NCBI GenBank assembly: GCA_043809245.1
Contig: JAZDDZ010000047.1
Span: 32,001-96,000, forward strand
Direction of reading: 5' to 3'
From: Candidatus Iainarchaeum sp.
Lineage (GTDB): Archaea > Iainarchaeota > Iainarchaeia > Iainarchaeales > JAZDDZ01
Length of the DNA: 64,000 nucleotides
Under the pieces are notes generated by a model. That model was not told the origin of the DNA, ran no database searches, and worked only from the letters and a program-made list of their open reading frames with translations. A program made the translations under genes and the position numbers. Numbering within the stretch: the first letter of the stretch is position 1; every line of letters begins with the position of its first letter. Shown piece by piece: positions 18,311 through 27,492 of this stretch.

Positions 18311-19089
18311 AGCTATCCGAAGCGCTCATTGATTCACTGCGATTGCTTTTAAAGGAACCCAAACTTTTTTTACCAAAACTTTTTGTTGCAGCGATTTACG
18401 GTTTTTTAATGCTTTGGAGCGCGGCAATAGCCCTGGGCCTTTTCAATGCGGTTGCGCAAGGGCAGGGCGCTTCAATTGCATTGGCTTCGCTGCTGCCGGA
18501 AACCGCTTTGTTTTTCCTTTCAATTTTTGCTGCATTCATAATTGACGTTTTCGTTTCCGCAATGTACCCTTCGCTTGCAAAAAACTTTGAGGCAAAGGAA
18601 AAAGTTTCGCTTTCAATGGCGCTTGGCTTTTCACTGAAAAAATCCGCGGTTGTTTTGCCTGCAGCGTTTTTCGCGTTAATTGTTTCAATAGCATTGATTG
18701 CAATCCCCTCGGTTTTTTTTGGCTTCCTTCTTGCAACAGCTTCAATGGAGCTGGTTTGGCTTTCCATTCCCGTGGAGCTAGCGATAATTTTTGCGACTGA
18801 CTTCATTTTCTTTTATCTTTTCGCAGAGGCAGTCCTCGGTAAAGGAAATTTTCTAGGCGCTGTTGGAAAAGCCTTTGGCTTGAGCGGCAAAAACAAAAAG
18901 CTGACAGCAATTGCCGCACTGATTCCGTTCAGCGTTTCACTCATGAATTACGCGCTTGCTTTTCTCGCGGAAACCCCTGCTTTTCTTTTCCTTTTCATTT
19001 TGATGCGCTTCTTCATGGGCTTGTTGGCTGCTTACGCCGCAATAGTGAGCCCTACAATTTACCTCGGGCTGGAAAGCCAAAAAAAGTAA
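18307..19089 (+). CDS. Multi-pass membrane protein
   Basis: About six hydrophobic segments; start overlaps upstream stop. Confidence 0.7.
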   Translation: MKLSEALIDSLRLLLKEPKLFLPKLFVAAIYGFLMLWSAAIALGLFNAVAQGQGASIALASLLPETALFFLSIFAAFIIDVFVSAMYPSLAKNFEAKEKVSLSMALGFSLKKSAVVLPAAFFALIVSIALIAIPSVFFGFLLATASMELVWLSIPVELAIIFATDFIFFYLFAEAVLGKGNFLGAVGKAFGLSGKNKKLTAIAALIPFSVSLMNYALAFLAETPAFLFLFILMRFFMGLLAAYAAIVSPTIYLGLESQKK

Positions 19090-19133
19090 TGTTTATATAC
19101 TTATATATGTATAGATTTGTATAGTGTGTTTTT

Positions 19134-19406
19134 GTGAAAAGCGGTTTAACAGGCACTGTACTGCATTACCCTCGCCTTGACACTGTACTGATGGTTGAAG
19201 ATGCAATTAGGGTTGCAAAGGATTATCCTTCCAAGAACGCGCTTTGGAGAAGCCTTCCAAGGCAGGTCCAATACCAAACTTTTAACGTTATACTGGAGTA
19301 CCTTGAAAAATCCAATAAAATAACTTACATCAAGTCAGGCGGGCTGATGTGGATTGGCTCAAACCAGAAGCTTGACAGCCTTGTGAAAAAGGGAAAGGAA
19401 CTTTGA
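19134..19406 (+). CDS. Small wHTH-like protein, probable antitoxin
   Basis: P.LDTVLMVE..I, YQT...IL.YLE.S.KI; upstream of a RelE-like gene. Confidence 0.6.
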   Translation: MKSGLTGTVLHYPRLDTVLMVEDAIRVAKDYPSKNALWRSLPRQVQYQTFNVILEYLEKSNKITYIKSGGLMWIGSNQKLDSLVKKGKEL

Positions 19407-19750
19407 TGTTCAGGGTAATTTCCTCGGATAGCTTTGAAAAAGAGCTGCAGGGGCTTAAGGAAAGGGCGAAACAGGGAGAAAATGAAAGCATTCAACTGCT
19501 GAAGCTGATTGACAAAGGCGTTGAAAAACTGAAATATGACTTTAAATACGGAGACCACATTTCAAAGGAAAAGATTCCAAGGGAATACAAGGAAAAATTT
19601 GGCGTTGAAAACCTGTGGAAGCTTGATTTAAGTTCTTTCTGGAGAATGATTTACACTGTAAGAGGCACTGAAATAGAGGTAATGTCAATTGTGCTTGAAG
19701 TGCTTGACCATAAAAAGTATGACAGAAAATTCGGCTATAAAACCAGCTAA
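19403..19750 (+). CDS. RelE/ParE-like toxin
   Basis: NLWKLDL...WRMIYT, LDHKKYDR.FGY. Confidence 0.65.
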   Translation: MMFRVISSDSFEKELQGLKERAKQGENESIQLLKLIDKGVEKLKYDFKYGDHISKEKIPREYKEKFGVENLWKLDLSSFWRMIYTVRGTEIEVMSIVLEVLDHKKYDRKFGYKTS

Positions 19751-19766
19751 AATAAGGTGAAAAAAT

Positions 19767-20471
19767 TTGAATGAATTCTGCCCGCGCTGCGGTTCAACTG
19801 AAGGCCCTTTCTTCAAGGGCTTTTGCCAGAAATGCTTTCTGGGGCAAAATGAATTGATTCAGATAGAGCCTGAGCTGCGCGTAAAGCACTGCACGCGCTG
19901 CGGAAGAGTGCAGTTAACCGGAAGATGGCAGGAACAGGAAAGCCTTGCATTGGCAGGATTGGTCAAGTCAAAGGTAAAGCCTGCGCATGCCTTAAATCCT
20001 TCAATCGAAGTGGAGCTGATTCCCCTTGAAAACGGCTCAAGCAAGGCGCTGATTGAAGTGGAAGGCGAAGTAGAGGGGAAAAAAATTGTTGCGGAAAAAG
20101 AAGTGCTTGTAAAGCCAGAGAAAACAATCTGCGATGCATGCATGCGCCTTTCAAGCGATTACCGGGAAGCAGTGCTGCAGGTAAGGTTTGAGGAAACGCC
20201 CTCGCAGAAAAGGTTTGATGAAATGGTCAGGGAAGTAGAGGGTGTTTTAATGCAGCTGCAGAAAAAGGACGCGCTTGCAAAGGCAGTTAAAATTTCCAAA
20301 GAGCAGAAAGGCGTTGACTTCTGGATCGGCTCAAAGCGCGGCGGAAAAATCGCGGCAGAAAAGCTCGCAAAAAAATATTCGTCAAAAGTTGTCCGTTCCT
20401 CAACGCTCACGGGCGTTGACAAGAAAGGAAAGGCAAAAAAAAGATTCACTTTCTGCGTGCGCGTGAAATGA
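19767..20471 (+). CDS. nmd3: NMD3-family 60S/50S export-like Zn-finger protein
   Basis: CPRCG, C..CF, C.RCG, C..C.R....Y.EA.LQVR. Confidence 0.85.
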   Translation: MNEFCPRCGSTEGPFFKGFCQKCFLGQNELIQIEPELRVKHCTRCGRVQLTGRWQEQESLALAGLVKSKVKPAHALNPSIEVELIPLENGSSKALIEVEGEVEGKKIVAEKEVLVKPEKTICDACMRLSSDYREAVLQVRFEETPSQKRFDEMVREVEGVLMQLQKKDALAKAVKISKEQKGVDFWIGSKRGGKIAAEKLAKKYSSKVVRSSTLTGVDKKGKAKKRFTFCVRVK

Positions 20472-20481
20472 GCAGAAAGTG

Positions 20482-20760
20482 TTACTGCCTAAATTCGTAA
20501 GCGCTGTCGTGATGCCCAAACTTAAGCAAAACCACGGCATTCTCTTTTTCTTTTATTGAATAAATCAAAACAAAGCTTTTCATTATGTGAACCCTCCTGA
20601 CGCCGTGAAGAGGCGCGTGCATTGGCTTGAACCTGTGTGGCTCGTTCAGAATCTGCTTAACTTTGCGGTCAATGGCTTTTTTTAATTCGGAATTTTTTTT
20701 GACGGCTTTCTTGTATTCCTTCTCAAAGGCTTCGGCAGTTTCAAGGTCAAAAGCCATCAA
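20482..20760 (-). CDS. RelE/YafQ-family toxin
   Basis: P.RFKP...L.G.RRVHI..SFVLIY, F.HHD.AY. Confidence 0.85.
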   Translation of the reverse strand: MMAFDLETAEAFEKEYKKAVKKNSELKKAIDRKVKQILNEPHRFKPMHAPLHGVRRVHIMKSFVLIYSIKEKENAVVLLKFGHHDSAYEFRQ

Positions 20761-20761
20761 A

Positions 20762-21067
20762 TCACTTAAGCAATTCTGAAAGGCTTTTTATTTTCCTTGA
20801 TTTTGATTTGCCGGCGTTTTGCACTTCTTTAACAAATTCGGGCTTGTAATTCATCGCATCAACCGGGTGCCAGTCCATTTCATCCATCCATTTCCATTCC
20901 TCGGCACTTATCGGTTTTCTTTCAAGGTATTTCTGAAGAATCTCGACCTTTCTCAATTTTTCTGCTTCTTCCCTGATTGCATTTCTGGCTATTTCAGTCC
21001 ATTTAATGTTTTGGTGGCCCTTAACCAGCGATTCAAGTTCCCCGCTTACAGACAAAGTAATATTCAT
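20762..21067 (-). CDS. RHH antitoxin
   Basis: NITLSV...IKW.EIAR.AI; upstream of a RelE gene. Confidence 0.75.
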   Translation of the reverse strand: MNITLSVSGELESLVKGHQNIKWTEIARNAIREEAEKLRKVEILQKYLERKPISAEEWKWMDEMDWHPVDAMNYKPEFVKEVQNAGKSKSRKIKSLSELLK

Positions 21068-21128
21068 AGTTCATCTCCACATAATTATGTGAACCACATA
21101 ATATTTAAAAATATGCATTAGGCAGGAT

Positions 21129-21836
21129 TCATTCGAATTTTTTCAGCGCTTCAAGTATCTCGGAGACAGGCTTGGCGGTTATCAGCAAGGGGATTTTTTC
21201 CGCTTCAGCGATTTTAACCGCAATCGGGTCAACGTTTTTGCTGATGCCGTGAAGCACGACTAACGCGGGCTTCATTTCCGTTGCAAACCTTCCCACTCTG
21301 ACAGCAATCATTGGAGAGCGGCCTGTTTCCACTTTTTCAAAAATAAGCGCCCTGTTAGGCGTTTTGCCGTACAACTGCATGTATTCGTGCACCGGCACTT
21401 CAAGTATTACCTTTAATGAATCAATCAGCGTGAAGCCGTAAATCTTTGTTTCCTTTAACTTTCCTGAGTTCGCCACGACTTCCGCGCCGATTTTTTCAGC
21501 AAAAGCCTTTCCCTCCATCGCGGCTGAAAATTCATGCGTGTCGAATACATCCTGCCTTGGCTGGAAATTCTTTTCAAGCTGTTTTTTTATGCTGCCGCCT
21601 TTTTTTTCATCAATTGCAATCAGCGCGTCCACCAAGCGCTTTACAACTCCTATCCCCGGGCTTTTTCTTCTTCCGCCCTCGTAATCGGAAATCGTCGAAC
21701 TCGAAACCTTCAAATAATCCGCCAAATCAGTCTGCTGTATTCCAAAGATTTCGCGCCATTTCTTCATTGATCCCCCCGGATCCTTGGATAAGGCGATTTC
21801 CCCAGCAATAGTCAACTCCAATTGGTCCAACGTCAA
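21129..21836 (-). CDS. Conserved archaeal HTH transcriptional regulator (COG1709-like)
   Basis: IAGEI.LS..PG..MKKWRE.F, SDYEGGRRKSPG, TGRSPMIAVRV. Confidence 0.85.
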   Translation of the reverse strand: MTLDQLELTIAGEIALSKDPGGSMKKWREIFGIQQTDLADYLKVSSSTISDYEGGRRKSPGIGVVKRLVDALIAIDEKKGGSIKKQLEKNFQPRQDVFDTHEFSAAMEGKAFAEKIGAEVVANSGKLKETKIYGFTLIDSLKVILEVPVHEYMQLYGKTPNRALIFEKVETGRSPMIAVRVGRFATEMKPALVVLHGISKNVDPIAVKIAEAEKIPLLITAKPVSEILEALKKFE

Positions 21837-21979
21837 TCACCGATGCATTAAACAATAAGCCTTTGGAGTTTAAATAGTTTTCGTTGATTGTCAAACAATT
21901 TTTTGGCCGTAATTTTCTCCTCGCATTTAATTTGTTTGCCATATATAGAGTTATAAATTTCTTGTTGAACAATAATATT

Positions 21980-22456
21980 ATGCGCTTGCCTAAGGAACCT
22001 GGACCCTGGCAATATACAGGAAAAAGAGGAATTGTTAAGGCCCATAAAAGCGATAAAAAATTAGCAATGAAAGCCGCTGCAAGGAAAACTGCGGAAAGGG
22101 AGAAATATCAGGCACATTTGAGTACAGGCACCTTGTCATACCCTGAGTTTGTTAAAAGGCGAAACAATTTTCAGAATTGTGTTGAGAACTCTCCTACTGC
22201 AGGGCGGCTGAAGAAAAGCATGCTTGAAAAGGGCATTGACCTTTCAAAGGTAGAGGCCGAAAACCCCAAAGTGTTTTCAGGGCTTTGGAGTCTTGTTAGT
22301 GAATTTAAATCTGCAGCTAAAGAAGGGCGCTGGACTACTGAATTAGAAAAAAAATTGAAAGAAGACGTAACCCCTAGATTGTATAAAGCTTACCTCCTTT
22401 ATAGAAAAGCAGGTGTAAAAGACAACAATGCGCTAGGCATTGAATGGTGGCTCTAA
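21980..22456 (+). CDS. Hypothetical basic protein
   Basis: Open frame with TATA-like box upstream; no recognised motif. Confidence 0.55.
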   Translation: MRLPKEPGPWQYTGKRGIVKAHKSDKKLAMKAAARKTAEREKYQAHLSTGTLSYPEFVKRRNNFQNCVENSPTAGRLKKSMLEKGIDLSKVEAENPKVFSGLWSLVSEFKSAAKEGRWTTELEKKLKEDVTPRLYKAYLLYRKAGVKDNNALGIEWWL

Positions 22457-22474
22457 TTTTTCCAAAGAAAAAGT

Positions 22475-22584
22475 TGGCGGGCGGGGAGGGATTTGAACCC
22501 TCGACCTACAGCTTAGGAGGCTTGCAAGAAATGCAGAAAAAACTGTCACCTCATGTTGCCCTATCCAGGCTAGGCTACCCGCCC
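22475..22584 (-). tRNA. tRNA-Arg(CCT) with 32-nt non-canonical intron (22522-22553) at position 29/30; CCA encoded
   Basis: Stems GGGCGGG/CCCGCCC, ACAGC/GCTGT, GAGGG-TTCAAAT-CCCTC; full BHB: AGG/CCT, GCAA/TTGC, GAGGTG/CATTTC with CAT and AAG bulges. Confidence 0.92.
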
Positions 22585-23510
22585 AGCAATTCAATCATCT
22601 TACGTGACCTTATTGCCTTATTGGGGTGGTAAAAATCTATGTTCTGCAAGAATTTAAAAAGCATCTCCTTATTTCTAATTCTTAGCTCGTAAGTATCAGA
22701 TATACGGTCAGAAGAGGGGGATTTTGCCACCCGCTTGTAAATTTTAAGGGTCTCGATGCCAAAGTTTAGAAGGGTCTCTTTAATTTCTTCTATAAACTTT
22801 TTATCCTTGAAAGTGAGATCTATGAAAAGCTGCTTGGCTTTTTTTGGATTTTTTGGTAAAGTTCCATCAGAATCAAATAAACCGGCTAAGTAATATTTTA
22901 GGACTGATTTATCATTTTTAATTAGGCCCGGAATCCTAAGATTTTCTTTTACTCCCCGATTTATCCCGAATATATTATGCAAAAAAGAATTCACAACAAT
23001 GCTCCTTAGCGGGAGACAAGGGATAAATCTTTTAGATAATGTCGATTTAACGCTTATTATTTTCCCCGATAAACCAAAAAGATATTCTGAAATGGAATTA
23101 ACTTTTTCCAACTGTTCCTTGTATTCATCAGAAAAAATAACCCGCTTTCTATCAGAAGTTAAACAACCAGCCCCTTGCAAATACCCGATGAAATACGCTA
23201 AATTCGGATCAAGTTGTTTAGGCAGGTGCACCTTCTTATTTTTTCCCGTAAATTCAACATTATCCAAAGCATAAACTTTAGAAAAAATCGATGAATCAAT
23301 ATTTTTAGCAAATGATTTAAGCACTCTGATTGAACAACAAGGTTTTGTTGTCAAATGCCTATGGTAATAGCCTTTTGAAATGTTTAGGAGATCAGCTGCT
23401 TGTCTACAAGTTAGACCCGAATTCATATGGCTTTCCTTTAGAATTTTAGCAATGCCGAAAATCATCACATTACTGTCAAGTTCTTCATAGTAATCTAGAA
23501 GTTTAGCCAT
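22575..23510 (-). CDS. Free-standing HTH + LAGLIDADG homing endonuclease-like protein
   Basis: LAYFIGYLQGAG and YLAGLFDSDG motifs; N-terminal HTH; stop codon lies within first 10 nt of tRNA-Arg. Confidence 0.85.
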   Translation of the reverse strand: MAKLLDYYEELDSNVMIFGIAKILKESHMNSGLTCRQAADLLNISKGYYHRHLTTKPCCSIRVLKSFAKNIDSSIFSKVYALDNVEFTGKNKKVHLPKQLDPNLAYFIGYLQGAGCLTSDRKRVIFSDEYKEQLEKVNSISEYLFGLSGKIISVKSTLSKRFIPCLPLRSIVVNSFLHNIFGINRGVKENLRIPGLIKNDKSVLKYYLAGLFDSDGTLPKNPKKAKQLFIDLTFKDKKFIEEIKETLLNFGIETLKIYKRVAKSPSSDRISDTYELRIRNKEMLFKFLQNIDFYHPNKAIRSRKMIELLGG

Positions 23511-23583
23511 AAAAAAAGTTAAATTTTAGAGTATATATTAGTTTCTGGACCTCATTTCCTCTGCCAGCCAAAGGTGCAACCAT

Positions 23584-24147
23584 CTAAATTAAAATTGTTA
23601 ACGCTGCAGCGCAGACAAGGGGAATCATGAGGTTGTCGTCAACAGGCAAGTATTCTGCGAGCATTCCGATTACTGCAACAATTATCGCGGCGCTTAATGG
23701 AAATAGCTGCGCCAAGAGCGCGGCTGAAACGATTATTCCCGCGATTGTCCCCTCAAGCGTGTAAGGCGCAACTGTTTTGATTCTCCCAATTGCCTTTCCT
23801 GCAATTGTGGAAATGGTGTCGCCGTAAACAGAAACCAATAGCGCGCCGAAAACGATTTCCTGCCCTGGAAAAAGAAAGACAAGCAGGAAAAAACCAAGCA
23901 AAAAGTACAGCGCGCCGTAGCCCGGAAAATGCTTTTCCTTTTCCCTGCCGAATTTTTGCACAAAAAAATTTATTGCAGGAATATTCGCGCCCCTTTTCAC
24001 AAACCACGAGATAATTATTCCTGTGAGGAAAATCGCGGCAACAGCCAAAAGAAGCAATTGCCTTTCAATGAAAGCCGCGGCCAGAAGAAAAATTGTGCCA
24101 AGCACCGCGTGGAACAGCTTGCGTTTTGTTTCCCTCATTAAAGTCAT
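23584..24147 (-). CDS. Dolichol/phytol kinase-like (CTP-dependent isoprenoid alcohol kinase) membrane protein
   Basis: RKLFH, GD..ST..G..IG, TLEG..AG, DDNL.IP. Confidence 0.85.
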   Translation of the reverse strand: MTLMRETKRKLFHAVLGTIFLLAAAFIERQLLLLAVAAIFLTGIIISWFVKRGANIPAINFFVQKFGREKEKHFPGYGALYFLLGFFLLVFLFPGQEIVFGALLVSVYGDTISTIAGKAIGRIKTVAPYTLEGTIAGIIVSAALLAQLFPLSAAIIVAVIGMLAEYLPVDDNLMIPLVCAAALTILI

Positions 24148-24878
24148 CGCGTTCTGCCCCTAATGAAATTAATTGCTTCACTTAAGCTTTTTTTATTGCT
24201 GTAAGAGCGCACTATTTTTTTCAAGGAAGTTGTTTTCTTGCCTTTGAGTTTTTTTGCCTCTTTCTCCAGCAATGGAATGCATCTAACAACATTGTCAACG
24301 ATTGAAATGTCTGCCTTCTGCGCTGTCCTGCTGAAAGGGTTTAAGTCAACGGCAACAACTTTTTTCCCGTTTTTGCGGAGCGCTTCCGTTCTATCCCCGT
24401 CCTCAAGCATCACAAGCACGCAGTCAGCGCTCCAGATTCCATTTGAGCTGACGAAAGCGCGCTTTGATTCAAGGAAAGCAAGTTTTTTGCCAGGATTAAC
24501 GCCAAGGATTTTTGCGCCGAACTTGGAGAATTCCTTTGCAATAAGCAACTCTCTTTTTCTGCTGCGGTAGAAAAGATTCACTTCAATTTTTGCGCCAAGC
24601 GTTTTGGCGAGCGAAACAATTTCTTTTGCGCACAACGCGGTTGTGTTTCCGTTAACAGAGATTACGGGTTTTTCCGCGAGCAGCAACTGCGCAGCTGCAG
24701 CAGAAATTGCTTTTTTTGCAAACTTCTGCGTTTTTTCCCCTAAAAGATAATCAAATGCCTCGCCCCTCCCCTGTGCAATCATTCCCGCGTGCGCGGCAAT
24801 CCCTTTTTTTGCGGCCTCTTCAATGAGGTGCCTTTGCATTAGCGAATTAAAGCGGGGATGCGATTTCGGCGGCTTCAT
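24144..24878 (-). CDS. 4-phosphopantoate--beta-alanine ligase (archaeal PPS)
   Basis: P.SHPR..SL..R, GRGEAFDYLLGE, SVNGN, LEDGDR, DLNP.SRT. Confidence 0.95.
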   Translation of the reverse strand: MKPPKSHPRFNSLMQRHLIEEAAKKGIAAHAGMIAQGRGEAFDYLLGEKTQKFAKKAISAAAAQLLLAEKPVISVNGNTTALCAKEIVSLAKTLGAKIEVNLFYRSRKRELLIAKEFSKFGAKILGVNPGKKLAFLESKRAFVSSNGIWSADCVLVMLEDGDRTEALRKNGKKVVAVDLNPFSRTAQKADISIVDNVVRCIPLLEKEAKKLKGKKTTSLKKIVRSYSNKKSLSEAINFIRGRTR

Positions 24879-25738
24879 TGTTCGTGCGCCCCCTTTTCTG
24901 CAATGCGTGAAACAAGCGTGCTTTTAGTGAATTTTTTCAGCTGCGCTTCAATTTTTTCCGGTTCACTTGTTGGAACAAAAACTGTTTCCCCGAGCATTGC
25001 CATTGAAGCCGGGGGAATTTCCTCCATCACTTTGCGCACGTTTTCCGATGCAAGGCCTGTTTCAACTGAAAAAACGCGTGAAAGGTGGATGAATTCCTTG
25101 ATTGAAGGCAATAATGATATTTGTTTCATGCAGTAATCCCCTGAACGGTTGATTTTTTCCATCCAGCTTTTGTCCTTGATTATTTTTTTGGTTTTCATTG
25201 CGGAAAAAAAACCGCAAACCACGAATTCTTCTTCGCATTTAATTTCCTTCACTTTCTCTGAAGGATATGGCTGCAGGCCATACATCACGCCCTTAAACTG
25301 CTGTGCAATCACATCCCCCAAGCCTGTTCCTGCCTCTATTTCAGCTTGTTTTGCGAGCTCCATGCATTCCTTTAAGGAAAGCCTTGCGCCGAGCGCCTTG
25401 TTCAACGCAAGCGTAAGGGAAAATGCGCCTGCTCCGCTTGCACCCAAGCCAAAGCCGATTGGCACTTTTGATTCAAAATTGCATTCAAGCGCGAATTTTT
25501 TGCCTGAAATTTTGGATAATTTTTCCGCTGCAATGCGGGAAGTCGAAGCGTTGAATCTTTCGCCGTTTAGGAAGAAATGCATTGAGTTTTTTTCGGCTTC
25601 CCTAACCTCCACTTCTGCCTTCACGCCTTCGCTTAGATTGATTCCCGCGCCAGTGCTTCCATTGGAATAAATTTTAAAGAAGCAGGTTATGTGTGAGGGC
25701 GCATAAGCGCTTGCAGTTGATTTATGCATTAATTTCAC
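24875..25738 (-). CDS. Pantoate kinase (GHMP family)
   Basis: AP.HIT.FF, GSTGAG, P.GFGLG.SGA, TGLGDV, SMAMLGETVF. Confidence 0.92.
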   Translation of the reverse strand: MKLMHKSTASAYAPSHITCFFKIYSNGSTGAGINLSEGVKAEVEVREAEKNSMHFFLNGERFNASTSRIAAEKLSKISGKKFALECNFESKVPIGFGLGASGAGAFSLTLALNKALGARLSLKECMELAKQAEIEAGTGLGDVIAQQFKGVMYGLQPYPSEKVKEIKCEEEFVVCGFFSAMKTKKIIKDKSWMEKINRSGDYCMKQISLLPSIKEFIHLSRVFSVETGLASENVRKVMEEIPPASMAMLGETVFVPTSEPEKIEAQLKKFTKSTLVSRIAEKGAHEQ

Positions 25739-25806
25739 AAAAGAATTTTTATGCGAATGATTAATAAGGAAAAACGCTGTTAAGTTTTAGGGAAAAGAGA
25801 CTTTCT

Positions 25807-25908
25807 ATGCATGGTCAGGAACTGATAGAAACAAGTCACCGTTTTCTTAAAGAAATAACTTCGAGCATCAAAGACATCAAATCAGGGAGAGTTAGAAGGA
25901 TCCGCTGA
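25807..25908 (+). CDS. 33-aa micro-ORF resembling an antitoxin C-terminus (orphan or remnant)
   Basis: MHGQELIETSHRFLKEITSSIKDIKSGRVRRIR; F..EI..S..DIK.GRV pattern. Confidence 0.35.
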   Translation: MHGQELIETSHRFLKEITSSIKDIKSGRVRRIR

Positions 25909-25919
25909 TTTTTCCTTTT

Positions 25920-26591
25920 TCACTTCCTTTTGCATAAAACCATTGCATGCTCTGTGTCAAAGGGTTCAAGGGAAACGGGCTGGATTATTTCAAATTCTTT
26001 CTCCAGCAGTTTAATCTCTTTTTCAACGACTTTTTGCGCTTTTTCGGTTTGGCTGATTGAGCGCACCTTAATGACCAAGAGGCCATGGCCTTCGCCTTTG
26101 AGGTACATGCGCGCGTTTTTCAGAAAAATCTGCGCCTGGTTTTTCTGGCTGACATCCTGGTACAATAAATCAACTTTTGTTCCGGAAAGGTCTTTCAAAT
26201 AGCTTTGCGGCTGCTCTGCATCGCCTAAAATCGGCGCAATGTTTTTCCTGTGCTCGCACAGCCACAAAAATTTCCTCATGACCCTCTCGCTTATATCAAC
26301 GCCGAAGATGACTCCTTCCTCTCCAATGATATCAGATAGGTGTGAAATAGTCGTTCCCTCTGCGCTTCCAAGGTAAAGGATGTGCGCGCCTTTTTTCACA
26401 GGCATTTCCTTTAAGCCTTTTTTTATCGCTGCAGCAAGCTTTGACCTTTCAGGCATCCACTGCCTGAACTCCTCTCCTTTTGATTCAAGCAATTGTTCGC
26501 CGTAAACTTTTACGCCTTTGCAGAGGTTTTTGGTAAATAAAAGCTGCCCAAACCCGTAGATTCCTGGAAACAATTCCTTCATTTCAGCCAT
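25920..26591 (-). CDS. flpA: Fibrillarin-like rRNA/tRNA 2'-O-methyltransferase
   Basis: VYGE, W.P.RSKLAAAI, LYLG.A.GTT.SHLSDI, YQDV.Q.NQ. Confidence 0.95.
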   Translation of the reverse strand: MAEMKELFPGIYGFGQLLFTKNLCKGVKVYGEQLLESKGEEFRQWMPERSKLAAAIKKGLKEMPVKKGAHILYLGSAEGTTISHLSDIIGEEGVIFGVDISERVMRKFLWLCEHRKNIAPILGDAEQPQSYLKDLSGTKVDLLYQDVSQKNQAQIFLKNARMYLKGEGHGLLVIKVRSISQTEKAQKVVEKEIKLLEKEFEIIQPVSLEPFDTEHAMVLCKRK

Positions 26592-26613
26592 AAAGAATCA
26601 AAAGCAATTTTTT

Positions 26614-27417
26614 TCATTTAAGGGAAGCCGCTCTTTGCTCAAGGCCTTTTCTTAATTTTTCACCCAGGGTTTTTTCTCCGCCAAAATAATCCGCCTTAAC
26701 GGCTATTGCGAGCTTTGCTGCAAGCGACCTCGCAATTTTTCCCCTTGCATTTCGGTTAACGCTTTGCACTAAAGTGTTCTGGAACAAATAACCGTGCTTT
26801 GGCGGCTTTCCTTTTTTCTTAAGGTGCTGGAACAATGCTTTTTCCGCCCCCAAAACCTGCAGAGTGGAGGAAGGCATGAGCATTAATTTTTTCTTTGAGC
26901 CTGCTTTTGCTAAAAGCCTTGCGCCAACAAGCGCCCCAGCAAGCGCTGTGAAGTTTGGCAATTCCTCGTTCATTGATTTTTCAATGAATTTGAACAAAAA
27001 CATCCTTTCCTCCTTTAGGTTCAATGCATTTAATGCAAGCAGCTTTATTTCAGCAAGGTCTGTTTCCTCTATTTCAGAGCCGATTGAGTTTTGGGCTGCC
27101 TTGATTATTTTTGCCGCTGCCTCTTTTTGCGGGTAAATTTCAATGATGCTTTTTTCAGAAAAGTTTTTCCTCTGCCCCAAATTGTAAACCAGCTTAAGGT
27201 ATGCCTCCGGGTCCCTGACAGCGGAATCAAGCTCAGGGAAATGGTAGGCATACCATTCATGCAAATGCTCGCTTAAGAGGTTGAATACCGCGTCAAGGTC
27301 CTGCAAGGCGTTCACTGCGCGGATTATGTGCGCTTCCCTTCCGCTGTATTTTTCCTTGACCTTTTCCTTCACGGAATGCATCATTTTTTTGCGCAAAGCG
27401 TCAATGTTTGAGTTCAT
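26614..27417 (-). CDS. nop5: Nop5/Nop56 C/D RNP protein
   Basis: EWY..HFPEL, LGAEKALF, PKHG..F, GKIARSLA.K..IA...D. Confidence 0.92.
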   Translation of the reverse strand: MNSNIDALRKKMMHSVKEKVKEKYSGREAHIIRAVNALQDLDAVFNLLSEHLHEWYAYHFPELDSAVRDPEAYLKLVYNLGQRKNFSEKSIIEIYPQKEAAAKIIKAAQNSIGSEIEETDLAEIKLLALNALNLKEERMFLFKFIEKSMNEELPNFTALAGALVGARLLAKAGSKKKLMLMPSSTLQVLGAEKALFQHLKKKGKPPKHGYLFQNTLVQSVNRNARGKIARSLAAKLAIAVKADYFGGEKTLGEKLRKGLEQRAASLK

Positions 27418-27492
27418 TTGAGCACCAAGAGATTTAAGCCATTGAATGATTAAAAAGCTTTGCTGTAACTGCCATTAAAAAACAGCTAACCA

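Noticed and set aside
25740-25919. Box C/D sRNA next to fibrillarin
   Set aside because: CTGA is present but there is no convincing RTGATGA C box
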